Positions 11,535 through 20,445 of a stretch of DNA of 64,000 nt are shown one piece after another. Source of the DNA: Polyangiales bacterium. Lineage in GTDB: Bacteria; Myxococcota_A; Polyangia; Polyangiales; Ga0077539. Position 1 is the stretch's first letter; every line of letters starts with the position of its first letter. The translations under genes and the position numbers were made by a program. Where the stretch lies: the NCBI GenBank assembly GCA_044229975.1, contig JBGARZ010000014.1, forward strand, positions 64,001-128,000, given 5' to 3'. The notes beneath the pieces were generated by a model. The model worked only from the letters and a program-made list of their open reading frames with translations, was not told the origin of the DNA and did no database searches.

Positions 11535-12539
11535 TCAGAACGTCACGCGGACGCCGTTGCCTGCGAGCTGCACCCGCGGGCCGCTTGTCGCCTGCGCGGG
11601 CGGTGTCGAGTCTCCGCCGCGACCGGCGAAGTACACCACCACCGCCACACCCGCAGACAAGATCGACACCCCGAAGCCCACGTCCGACAGCAACGCGTTG
11701 CGCTGCCCGCGATCGAGCGTCTCCTGCGACGGCGTCGCTTCGTAGTCGTTGGCGTCGGACAGCGCCATCACGCCGAAGACCGTCCCCGCCACCGCAGCGG
11801 CCCCCGCCACGGCCGTCGCCACCCAGACCGCGGGGCTCACCCGACGGCCCGGCGTGGTCACCGGCGGCGTCACCGCCGACGCTCCGCCCGCCTCGCGCTC
11901 CAACGTCACGTCGACCGAAGCGGGTGCGCCGGGGGCCGTGTCGATCTCGCGCTCGGTCGCGCGGTAGCCCGTGAGCGTCGCGCTGATGCGGTGGTGTCCC
12001 GGCGCGACGTCGACCGCCGATGGCGTGCGCTGCGGTCGCCCTTCGCCGTCGACGGTGATCTGCGCGCCGTCGGGCGTGCTGGTCACGCTCACCCGCGCGG
12101 GCCGTTGCTGGAGCGTCGCGAGCCGCGCTTCGAGCTGAGCGTGGTCGGGAGCAGTGGGCAGCTCGCGGAGGTACCGCTCCAGCGCCGCGATGGCCTGCGG
12201 AACATTCCCCAGCCGCTCGTGACACTCCGCGATGGGCTTGAGCACCACCGGGTTGGAGCGCATCGCAAACGCCCGCTCGAACGACGCGAGCGCCTCGGCG
12301 TACCGACCGGCGTTGAAGTGCTCGGTGCCTTCCGTGTAAGCGCGCCGCGCGTCGGCCAGCGTCGGGTCGACCAACGCCTCCTGCGCCGCGGGTTGCGCCG
12401 CAGCGGCCGGTGTCGCGGCGGGGGGCGTCTGCCGGGCGGGCTGGGCCCGTCGCGGCTGCGCGCCTGCGAGGGAGGGCGCACCCATCGCCGCCATCACGCC
12501 AGGGAGCATCCAGATCCATCGCGCGCGTCGGGTCGACAT
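11535..12539 (-). CDS. Exported TPR + PEGA domain protein
   Basis: Signal peptide; TPR helices (ARRAY.EG...F.AGRY.EAL..FERA); PEGA motif VTSTPDGAQITVDG...TP...V.PG.H; hydrophobic C-terminus ending in VTF; start uncertain. Confidence 0.85.
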   Translation of the reverse strand: MSTRRARWIWMLPGVMAAMGAPSLAGAQPRRAQPARQTPPAATPAAAAQPAAQEALVDPTLADARRAYTEGTEHFNAGRYAEALASFERAFAMRSNPVVLKPIAECHERLGNVPQAIAALERYLRELPTAPDHAQLEARLATLQQRPARVSVTSTPDGAQITVDGEGRPQRTPSAVDVAPGHHRISATLTGYRATEREIDTAPGAPASVDVTLEREAGGASAVTPPVTTPGRRVSPAVWVATAVAGAAAVAGTVFGVMALSDANDYEATPSQETLDRGQRNALLSDVGFGVSILSAGVAVVVYFAGRGGDSTPPAQATSGPRVQLAGNGVRVTF

Positions 12540-12573
12540 CGGCGACGACCCTACCTCAGCAACCGAGCGCGAT

Positions 12574-14433
12574 TCAACGGTTCGACGTCTGTGCACTGAC
12601 GAGTGCGTCGAGATCGTGGGCGTCGGCGCGCAGCGCGGTGTCGAGGGAGTCGATGGACTCCAGCGCCACGCTCAGCTCGCGGATGAGCGCGTCGAGCTCC
12701 ACGGCGAGCGCCTGCTCCTCGTGGGTGAGCTGCGACTCGATGGCGTGGAGCTTCGCCTCCAGGGCCTCGCACGCCGCCACCTGCTCGCGGAAGGTCTCCT
12801 CGCAGGCCGCCAGCTCCCACAAGATCGCGTCGGAGGCACCGAGGCCCGCCGCCCCGCGGCCCTTGGTGCGCTGGATCTCCTCGCGTCGTCGCAGGAGGGT
12901 CGTGCGCCGCTCGGCCGACTCGTCGCGCTCGCGGCTGTGCTGCGTCAGCGTCGCCGCCAGGGCGTCGACGGCGTTGCCGTGGTCGATGCGCAGCTCGCGT
13001 CCGCGCGCCTCGACGCCGAGCGCTCTCACCCGGTCGATTTCGAGCTGGGTCACGGCGACCTCCATGGCCGTCACGCGCACGGTCATGGCTCCGAGCCGGG
13101 TCTTCACGCTCGCCGGAGGATCGCCCCAGAACACCCCCTCCAGCCGCGTCGTGACGGAGTCGATAAAGGCTCGCCACGCCCGCGGTCGCTCCACCGGGTC
13201 GACCCGCTCGGGGGCCGACACGTCGAGCACGCCGCCGATGCCCGCTCCGCCGCGGCGGATGTTGAGCAGGTCGGTGGGTGAGCTCTCGCGCGCCCGGTTG
13301 GGCATCGTCGGGGTCTCTTCCACTGGTGCCAGTGAGCTGCGGACCCGCGTGGGCCCCTCGTCGATGAAGTCCAGGTCGAGGCCCTGCACCTCGATGGGCG
13401 GCGTCCACCCCATCACCGCGGCGGGCTGGGTGCGGGGCGGTAGCGTGTCCATCACCGGGTCGTCGGCGAGCTCGCGTCGAAGCGCGTCGATGTGCTCGAT
13501 GAGGCTGTGGGCGTTTTCGAAGCGCCGCTCGGGCTGCTTCTCCAGGCAGCGCAGCACGAAGCGCTCGACCGCCTCGGGGATGGACGGCACCCGCTTCCGC
13601 GGCGGGACGGGCGCCTCCATGACGTGCTTGAGCATCAGCTCGCCGAGGTGCTCGACGTCGAAGGGCAGCGCCCCCGTGACCATCTCGTAGAGAACGACCC
13701 CGAGCGAGTAGAGGTCGGTGCGCGGGGTGATGGCCCCGCCGGTCGCGTACTCCGGGGCGATGTACCCGGGCGTCCCGAAGACCTTGTTGCTGAGCGTGAG
13801 GGCCGGCTGGTCGAGGAGCTTCGCGATGCCGAAGTCGAGGAGCTTCACCTGGTCGCGGCGGTCGTCGCGGGGGATGAGCAGCACGTTGTCGGGCTTGAGG
13901 TCGCGGTGGATGACCTCCATCTGGTGGGCGCGCCCGAGGCCCGAGGCGACCTGCCGCGTGATGTCGAGCGCCCGCCGCAGCGCGAGCGGGCCGCGCGCGA
14001 TGGCCGCGAGCAGGCTCTCACCGGGGACGTACTCCATCACGAGGTAGACGAGCCCCTCGGAGGTCTCGCCGTAGTCGGTGATGTCGATGACGTTCTCGTG
14101 CTGGATGCGGTTGACCGCGCGGGCCTCGCGCAGGAAGCGGTCGCGGTGCACGGGGTCGCGGGAGAGGTCGGAGCGCAGGACCTTCACCGCGGCAAGGCGG
14201 TCGATCATCAGGTGGCGCGCGAGGTAGACGCTCGACATGCCGCCGCGGCCGAGGCGCGCGATGACCCGGTAGCGGCCCGCGAGGGTGGCGCCCACGAAGG
14301 GGTCGAGCACGTCGCTGAAGAGCCAGCCATCACGGTCACAACGGAACGACCCCGCTGCGAGGAGGTCGCCGCAATTGGGACAACGTGCGCCGCGGGGTAG
14401 CCGCGGTGCGGTGGCCTCGTCGCGGGAGATCAC
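12574..14433 (-). CDS. Hanks-type Ser/Thr protein kinase with N-terminal zinc ribbon and C-terminal coiled coil
   Basis: CPNC...CDRDG; LGRGGMSSVY, AAVKVL, HRDLKPDN, DFGIAK, GTPGYIAPE, DLYSLG; GTG start 14433 gives a GTGA overlap with the upstream stop. Confidence 0.93.
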   Translation of the reverse strand: MISRDEATAPRLPRGARCPNCGDLLAAGSFRCDRDGWLFSDVLDPFVGATLAGRYRVIARLGRGGMSSVYLARHLMIDRLAAVKVLRSDLSRDPVHRDRFLREARAVNRIQHENVIDITDYGETSEGLVYLVMEYVPGESLLAAIARGPLALRRALDITRQVASGLGRAHQMEVIHRDLKPDNVLLIPRDDRRDQVKLLDFGIAKLLDQPALTLSNKVFGTPGYIAPEYATGGAITPRTDLYSLGVVLYEMVTGALPFDVEHLGELMLKHVMEAPVPPRKRVPSIPEAVERFVLRCLEKQPERRFENAHSLIEHIDALRRELADDPVMDTLPPRTQPAAVMGWTPPIEVQGLDLDFIDEGPTRVRSSLAPVEETPTMPNRARESSPTDLLNIRRGGAGIGGVLDVSAPERVDPVERPRAWRAFIDSVTTRLEGVFWGDPPASVKTRLGAMTVRVTAMEVAVTQLEIDRVRALGVEARGRELRIDHGNAVDALAATLTQHSRERDESAERRTTLLRRREEIQRTKGRGAAGLGASDAILWELAACEETFREQVAACEALEAKLHAIESQLTHEEQALAVELDALIRELSVALESIDSLDTALRADAHDLDALVSAQTSNR

Positions 14434-15314
14434 CGCTCCATCGGGGCGTTGGGATCGGACGACCACTCGGCGAGCGAGCCGTCGTAGTTGCGCACCAGCC
14501 CGACGCCCCGCGAGGCGAGCACCACCGCGGCCATGGCACTGCGCACGCCACAGGTGCAGCAGGTGACGATCTCGCGGCTCGGGTCGAGTCCCGCATCGGC
14601 CAGCAGGCGCTGCACCTGCGAGGCCGGAACGATGCGCCCGCGGTCATCGATCAGACTGCGCCAGTCGATGTGCCGCGCGCCCGTGATGTGCCCACCGCGC
14701 GCCTCACCCGACGGCGTGGCGCCGCGAAACTCCGCGGCGCTGCGCACGTCGAGCACCTGGGTCTTGGCGGGGTCGAGGTCGGCCTTTCGCACCACGAGGT
14801 CGTCGCGCCAGCGCGCATCGAAGCGACCCACCGCGGCGCGTGCGTGGGAGGTCACCACCGGTCTGCCCGCGGACTTCCACGCGGTGAATCCGCCATCGAG
14901 CAATGCCACGTCGGGGTGTCCGAGCAGCACGAGCAGCCACGCCGCGTGCCCTTCTTCTCCCCATCCATTGGCGCTTCCGCCATAGACCAGCGCGGGGCGA
15001 CCTCCGTCGACGCCGAGGGCCGCGACCGCCTGTGCCATCACCCTCGCGTCGGACTTCAAACGCCCGCGCGAGGAGCCTTCGCCCGTGAAGGTCTGCCACG
15101 CGTACATCTGTGCGCCGGGCAGATGCCCCTGCGCGAAGGACGCGGCGTCGCGCGCGTCGAGCACGGCCGCGCCGCGCGAGAGGATCGACGCCGCGCCGCG
15201 CACGTCGACGATCTTCACCGGCATGCGGACCGGTGGCACACCCGCGCCCCCTGCCACACCCGAGAACAACGTCAACGCCACAAACGTGAGCGGTGCGAGC
15301 CATCGCAGGAGCAT
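14430..15314 (-). CDS. Exported tandem-rhodanese sulfurtransferase
   Basis: Signal peptide; LDAR...GHLPGA, LLDGGFTAW, LDVRS..EF.G, GGHITGA, active loop CTCGVRS, YDGSLAEW. Confidence 0.88.
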   Translation of the reverse strand: MLLRWLAPLTFVALTLFSGVAGGAGVPPVRMPVKIVDVRGAASILSRGAAVLDARDAASFAQGHLPGAQMYAWQTFTGEGSSRGRLKSDARVMAQAVAALGVDGGRPALVYGGSANGWGEEGHAAWLLVLLGHPDVALLDGGFTAWKSAGRPVVTSHARAAVGRFDARWRDDLVVRKADLDPAKTQVLDVRSAAEFRGATPSGEARGGHITGARHIDWRSLIDDRGRIVPASQVQRLLADAGLDPSREIVTCCTCGVRSAMAAVVLASRGVGLVRNYDGSLAEWSSDPNAPMER

Positions 15315-15367
15315 TGGTCGACTCTCGACCAGCGCCGTGGGGCCGTCAATCACGCGGCGGGGAAATT

Positions 15368-16138
15368 TCAGCCGATGTCGGGAGGTTGTGCCGACACTGT
15401 GCCGGTCGAGTGAGACGCCTGGTCGATGCCTGCGACCGGGTAAGGCTCATTCGCGTCGACTGTGCCCGGCTGTGCCTCATCGCCTTCGGGAGCGACCATG
15501 GCGCGGATACGTTGCAGAAGCTCTTCGCGGCCGAGGCCGGTCTCGCCCGACACCGCGAGCACGGGCACGCCGAGGGCGCGGTGTGCGGCGGCGACGGCGG
15601 AGTGGGCCTCGGCGCGCGACAGCTTGTCGATCTTGGTGAGCACCACGATGGGGTGGCGGTTGATGAACTTGAGCCAGTCGAGGAGCTGGAGGTCATCGGG
15701 CTGCGGCCCGCGTCGCACGTCGATGAGGACGATGACGGCGCGGAGCGAGGCGCGGCGGGCGACGTAGTCCTCCAGGTGGCGACCCCAGGCGGCGCGCTCG
15801 GTCTTGGAGCGGTCGGCGAAGCCGTAGCCGGGGAGGTCGGCGATGTGGAGCGAGGTGCCGTCGCGCAGGTGCAGCTCGAAGAGCACCACGCCGCGGGTGC
15901 AGCCGGGGGTCTTGGAGGTGCGGGCGAGCGAGCGGCGCTGGGCGAGGCGGTTGAGCAGCGTGGACTTGCCCACGTTGCTGCGCCCCGCGAAGGCCACCTC
16001 GGGCTGCGTGGGCGATGGGAGCGCGTGCCCGGGTCGTGCCTCGGCGAGGTACGCGGCCTCAAGGCAGTCTAGCGGCCCCGGACCTTCCTTCGGACGATCG
16101 CGATGACCCGGGCGGTTTCCTCGATTCGGAGCAGCCAT
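15368..16138 (-). CDS. engB: Ribosome biogenesis GTPase EngB/YihA/YsxC
   Basis: EVAFAGRSNVGKS, LARTSKTPGCT, DLPGYGFA, TKIDK; start uncertain (nearest ATG 16138 overlaps murJ). Confidence 0.9.
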   Translation of the reverse strand: MAAPNRGNRPGHRDRPKEGPGPLDCLEAAYLAEARPGHALPSPTQPEVAFAGRSNVGKSTLLNRLAQRRSLARTSKTPGCTRGVVLFELHLRDGTSLHIADLPGYGFADRSKTERAAWGRHLEDYVARRASLRAVIVLIDVRRGPQPDDLQLLDWLKFINRHPIVVLTKIDKLSRAEAHSAVAAAHRALGVPVLAVSGETGLGREELLQRIRAMVAPEGDEAQPGTVDANEPYPVAGIDQASHSTGTVSAQPPDIG

Positions 16139-17715
16139 GCGAACAGCACATACACCGCCGCGAGCGCGGTGCCACCTGCGATCGCCGCGAAACGCGAGGC
16201 GGGTCCGGGCGCGGAGAAGTCCGCGTGGGCGACGAGGAAGCGGGCCAGCAGTCCCACCGGCACCGACGCTGCGAGGACGCGGAGGAGCGCGGAAGCAAGG
16301 GAGTTCCAGGGGATGGAGAGGTGTCGACGGACGCCGAAGGCGAGGAAGGCGAGCTGCACCAGGGTCGAGCCGGCGATGGCCGCGGCGACCCCGGCGTGAC
16401 CCATCGGGCCGCGCAGCCACAGGGCGAGGCCGATGAACGCGAACAGGTCGATGAAGGACACGAGCACGGGGAAACGTGGGTTCTGCGCGGCGGAGAAGGC
16501 GGCGGTGAACTGCCGCACGAGGGCGAGGAGCGCGACGTTGGTGGCCTGCCAGCGGAGCGAGCGGACGACCTCGGTGACGTTGTGGATGCCGCCTGAGCGG
16601 AAGCGCCCGTAGCCGTAGATGAGCGGCACGATGGCCTCGCCGTAGGTCGCGAGGATGACCGCGACGGGGATGGCGACGAAGGCCGCGAGGCGGATCATCT
16701 GGCCGAGCAGGCGCTCGCCCTCGACGCGGTCTTCGCGGGCCATGGCGCGCGAGAGTTCGGGGAGAAACGAGCCCGACACCGCGAGGATGAACACCCCCTG
16801 CGGGATGTCGGCGAGCCGCTGGGCGTAGTTGAAGTAGCTGGCCGATCCGCGCGGCAGACCCGCGAGAAAGCGGCTGGAGAGCACCACGTCGACCTGGTAG
16901 ATGGCGAGGCCGAAGACCACCGGGGCGAGGAGCGCTCCGACGCGGCGCACGCCGGGGTGCTGGAGGTCGATGATGGGGCGCTGGAGCAGGCCCGCGCGGC
17001 GCAGGGCCGGGGCGATGGCGACGAGCTGAAGCGCACCGCCGAGGAGGGCGCCGAGGGCGAGGCCGTGGACCGGCGGGAGGCCGATGCGCACGCAGAGCGG
17101 GACGAAGAGCGCGGGCGACAGCAGGAACGCGACGTTGAGCAGCGCGGGCGCGAAGGCGAGCTCGCGGAAGCGCCCGATGGTCTGGAGCGCCGCGACGCCG
17201 ACGGCGGCCGAGCCCATGAAGAAGATGTACGGAAACAGCCAGCGGAGCAGCGAGGTGGCGAGGGCGAACTGCGCCGGGTCGCCACCGAAGTCACCGGCGG
17301 TCAGGCGCAGCACGGGCCGGGCGAAGATCACCCCGAGGGCCGAGAGGGGGATGAGCACGAGGAGGCTGAGCGCGCGAACGCGGGCTACGACGGCCTGGAG
17401 TTCGGCGTGGTGGGTGGCCTCGGGGTCGGCCTCGGCCGGCGGGTCGACCGGGGTGAAGGCGCGCGGCCCGCGGGTGAGCGCCTCGGTAAACACCGGAACA
17501 AACGCTGATGACAACGCCCCCTCGGCGAGCAGCGCGCGGAGGGCGTTGGGGATGCGCCACGCGATGAAGAAGGCGTCCGTGGCGCCCAGCGAGAAGGTCG
17601 CGGCGATGAGGGTCTCGCGCACCATGCCGAGCAGCCGGGACAGCATCGTCCCCGCGGACAGGAGGAGCACGCGTCGACCGATCGTCGCGGATTCCTGTGG
17701 CTTCGCCGACGGCAT
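16069..17715 (-). CDS. murJ: Lipid II flippase MurJ (MviN)
   Basis: SRLLGMVRE, DAFFIAWRIPNALRALLAEGALSSAFVPVF, YAQRLADIPQGVF; many TM segments; start re-chosen at 17715. Confidence 0.93.
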   Translation of the reverse strand: MPSAKPQESATIGRRVLLLSAGTMLSRLLGMVRETLIAATFSLGATDAFFIAWRIPNALRALLAEGALSSAFVPVFTEALTRGPRAFTPVDPPAEADPEATHHAELQAVVARVRALSLLVLIPLSALGVIFARPVLRLTAGDFGGDPAQFALATSLLRWLFPYIFFMGSAAVGVAALQTIGRFRELAFAPALLNVAFLLSPALFVPLCVRIGLPPVHGLALGALLGGALQLVAIAPALRRAGLLQRPIIDLQHPGVRRVGALLAPVVFGLAIYQVDVVLSSRFLAGLPRGSASYFNYAQRLADIPQGVFILAVSGSFLPELSRAMAREDRVEGERLLGQMIRLAAFVAIPVAVILATYGEAIVPLIYGYGRFRSGGIHNVTEVVRSLRWQATNVALLALVRQFTAAFSAAQNPRFPVLVSFIDLFAFIGLALWLRGPMGHAGVAAAIAGSTLVQLAFLAFGVRRHLSIPWNSLASALLRVLAASVPVGLLARFLVAHADFSAPGPASRFAAIAGGTALAAVYVLFAWLLRIEETARVIAIVRRKVRGR

Positions 17716-17808
17716 CGGCGCGGCGAGTAACACCCGTCGAGACGCGCTCGCAACCTTCGCGCGCGGCGCTTCGGGCCCGATGGTCGACGTGGTAAGCGTC
17801 GGTGGTCC

Positions 17809-20370
17809 ATGGGCCTCGTCGACCGGTTCGAACGCCTCCTCGACCGCATCATGCCCCCGCCCGACGAGGCGGTGCGCTCCCTCCGCCGGGGGCAGGCGCT
17901 CCTCGACCGCGGCGACATCCGCGCAGCCCTCTCCCTCGCCGACGAGGCACGTCGCGTCGCACCCGCGTGGCTGCCCGCGTGGGTGCTCCAAGCCGACGCG
18001 CTCGCGGCCGACGGTCGCGCCCCCGAAGCGCTCGCCGCGCTCGATGGCGCCGCGCTGGAGCGCGAGCTGCCCGCCGAGGTGCTCGGCCGGGTGATGGAGC
18101 TGTCCGTCGTCGTTGGCGACGTGTCCCGCGCCCGCGAGGTCGACCGCGCGTTGCAGGGCAGGGCGGTGCTCGACTCGCCGGGCCTCGCGGCGCGCTACCT
18201 GTCCGCGGCCCATCGCCTGGAGGCGCTCGGCGAGCCCGAGATGGCCAGTCGCTTCGCCCGCGCGGCCACGGTGCTCGACCCGGCGCGCACGGGTGCGTGG
18301 CTCGTGCTGGCTCGCGCGGCTGCGGCGTCCGACGACGGTCCGCGGGCGCGACGTCTGCTGGCGCGCGCGGTGTCGACGCTGGCCCCGAGCGACGGGCCGT
18401 CCAACCACGCCGCGGGCGCCCTCGCGTGGCGCCTCGACGACCGACCGCTCGCGGTGCGCTGCCTTCGCCGCGCGTGGGTCTGTGGCGAGGAGGGGGCCGC
18501 AGCGCTGCTCGTGGTGGCGCTCGCCGCCGCCGACGACGCTGCGGCCATGGAGCGCGTGACCCGCAGCCTCGACCTCGGCCTCGCGCGGGTGGTCGCGGTG
18601 CTCGGCGGGCTCGCTCGCGGTGCCCCCGGACCGAGCGCGGACGTGGCGGCGTGGGACGTTCCCGAGGCGCTCTGGCCCTACGCCATCGAGCTCGCCGTGA
18701 AGGCAGACATCGCGCTCGCGGCGCGCTGGGCGGGCGAGGCGCCCACCCGGATGCACAGCGCGGAGGTGCTCGCGCTGGAGTCGGCCGGCGAGGCCGCGGA
18801 ACGCGGCGAGGTCGAGCGCGTGGAGGCGTCACTCTCGTCGGCGCTGTCGTCGTCGGTCACCCGATCGCGCGCGGCGGCGACGCTCGCGCGGGCCTTCGCG
18901 GTGGCCTGGGGTGCCTCGGTCGACGCGCTGCTCGCGGGCCTCGCGGCGTGGCTTCAACCCTCCGACGTGCGCGAGACCGACGCGCTCGCGACCGCGGCCC
19001 GTGCGTTGAGGCGCTCGCTCGACGAGCCGCTGCGGGTCGCGCTGCTGGGGGAGTTCAGCGCGGGCAAGAGCAGCGTGGTCAACGCGTGGGTGGGGACGAC
19101 CATCTCCGCGGTCGGGGTGCTGCCCACCACGGCGCGGGTGTACTGGCTGCGGCAGGGCGCGGCGCGTCAGCGGGTCATCGACGCCCGCGGGGGACTGCGC
19201 GAAGGGCCGCTCGCTGCCCTGCCCGATGCGCTGCGCGCGGTCGAGGCGGAGGGCGGAGCCGTCGCGCACGTCGAGGTGTTTCATCCGGGCGAGGCGCTCG
19301 CGCACCTGGAGCTGCTCGACACGCCGGGCAGCAACGCCACCGACGGGGTCGACCCGGCCGTGACCCGTCACGCGCTCGACCTCGCCGACCTCGCGCTCTG
19401 GATCTTCGACGCGCGTCAGGCCGGCAAGCAGAGCGAGCTCGACGCGCTGCGAGCGGTCGGCGCCGCCGGGGTTCCGGTGCTGGGGGCCGTCAACAAGTCC
19501 GACGCGGTGGGTGAGGCGGGCGTGCGCGAAGTCACCGCCGCGCTCGGCGTCGCGCTGGGAGACGAGGCGCCGCTGCTCGGTGCCTTCAGCGCCCGCGCCG
19601 CGCTGGCCGACCGCGATACGCCCGAGTGGTCGCGCTTTCGCGACGCGATCGACGATCGGGTGATCGCGCGCGCCCCCGAGTGGAAGCGCCTGCGGGCGGC
19701 GGTGCGCCTCGTCTCGCTGCTGTCCACCGCGCGGCGTGCGCTGCGGTCCGCCGAAGCCGTCGAGACCACCCGGCGGGCGCGTGAGGCCCAGCTCGTAGAC
19801 GCCCTGCGCGCGCTGCGCGATGAGCTCGCCCTGCGCGCGGCGGCGGTGCGACGTGAGGTGGCCGTGCGGTTGCGCGAGCAGTGGATGGCGCTGCGCGGCG
19901 GCGCGTCGCTGTCCGACGAGGTGTTGCGTGACGTGGTGGCCGAGCTGGTGCACCTCAGCATCGGCCGCGAGCGCGCGGCGATGGACGAGCGCCGACGCGA
20001 GGTGGAGTCGCTCGCAGTGGAGGCGGGCGCCGTGCGCGCCGGCTTCGGGGCGGCGCTGACGGCGCCCATCGACGGGGTCATTCGCGCGGCGGTGGCGGAG
20101 GGCGTGCGCGACGCGCTCGACCAGGTGCTGCGGCCCTCGACGCTCGGTCAGGCGCCGGTCCTCGACCATCACGGCGGGGTTGACGTCGGGGACCCGTGGC
20201 GCGAGGTGACCGCCGCGCTCGACGCGGGGCGTTCGCCCAACGATCTCTCCCGCGTCACGCTCGGCGTCGCGTTGGAGGCCGCGCTCGCATGCGCGCTGAG
20301 GGCGTGCGGCGACCTCGCGCGGCGTGTCGGGGTCAAAGTTCCTGATGCAACGGTGGAGCCGACGGTCTAA
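17809..20370 (+). CDS. TPR-like helical domain fused to a dynamin-like GTPase
   Basis: ~400-aa Ala/Leu helical repeats, then G1 GEFSAGKS, G2 GVLPTT, G3 DTPG, G4 NKSD, SAR motif and helical stalk. Confidence 0.8.
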   Translation: MGLVDRFERLLDRIMPPPDEAVRSLRRGQALLDRGDIRAALSLADEARRVAPAWLPAWVLQADALAADGRAPEALAALDGAALERELPAEVLGRVMELSVVVGDVSRAREVDRALQGRAVLDSPGLAARYLSAAHRLEALGEPEMASRFARAATVLDPARTGAWLVLARAAAASDDGPRARRLLARAVSTLAPSDGPSNHAAGALAWRLDDRPLAVRCLRRAWVCGEEGAAALLVVALAAADDAAAMERVTRSLDLGLARVVAVLGGLARGAPGPSADVAAWDVPEALWPYAIELAVKADIALAARWAGEAPTRMHSAEVLALESAGEAAERGEVERVEASLSSALSSSVTRSRAAATLARAFAVAWGASVDALLAGLAAWLQPSDVRETDALATAARALRRSLDEPLRVALLGEFSAGKSSVVNAWVGTTISAVGVLPTTARVYWLRQGAARQRVIDARGGLREGPLAALPDALRAVEAEGGAVAHVEVFHPGEALAHLELLDTPGSNATDGVDPAVTRHALDLADLALWIFDARQAGKQSELDALRAVGAAGVPVLGAVNKSDAVGEAGVREVTAALGVALGDEAPLLGAFSARAALADRDTPEWSRFRDAIDDRVIARAPEWKRLRAAVRLVSLLSTARRALRSAEAVETTRRAREAQLVDALRALRDELALRAAAVRREVAVRLREQWMALRGGASLSDEVLRDVVAELVHLSIGRERAAMDERRREVESLAVEAGAVRAGFGAALTAPIDGVIRAAVAEGVRDALDQVLRPSTLGQAPVLDHHGGVDVGDPWREVTAALDAGRSPNDLSRVTLGVALEAALACALRACGDLARRVGVKVPDATVEPTV

Positions 20371-20445
20371 GATCGGCCGCCGCGCGGAGGTTGACCGAGC
20401 TCAGAGCCGGTTAGGGTCCAAGGTTCGCGTAAGGAGACACGGCGG

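Noticed and set aside
20391..20417. TTGACC...TAGGGT promoter-like pair upstream of rpoN
   Set aside because: The 15-bp spacer is too short to call with confidence.
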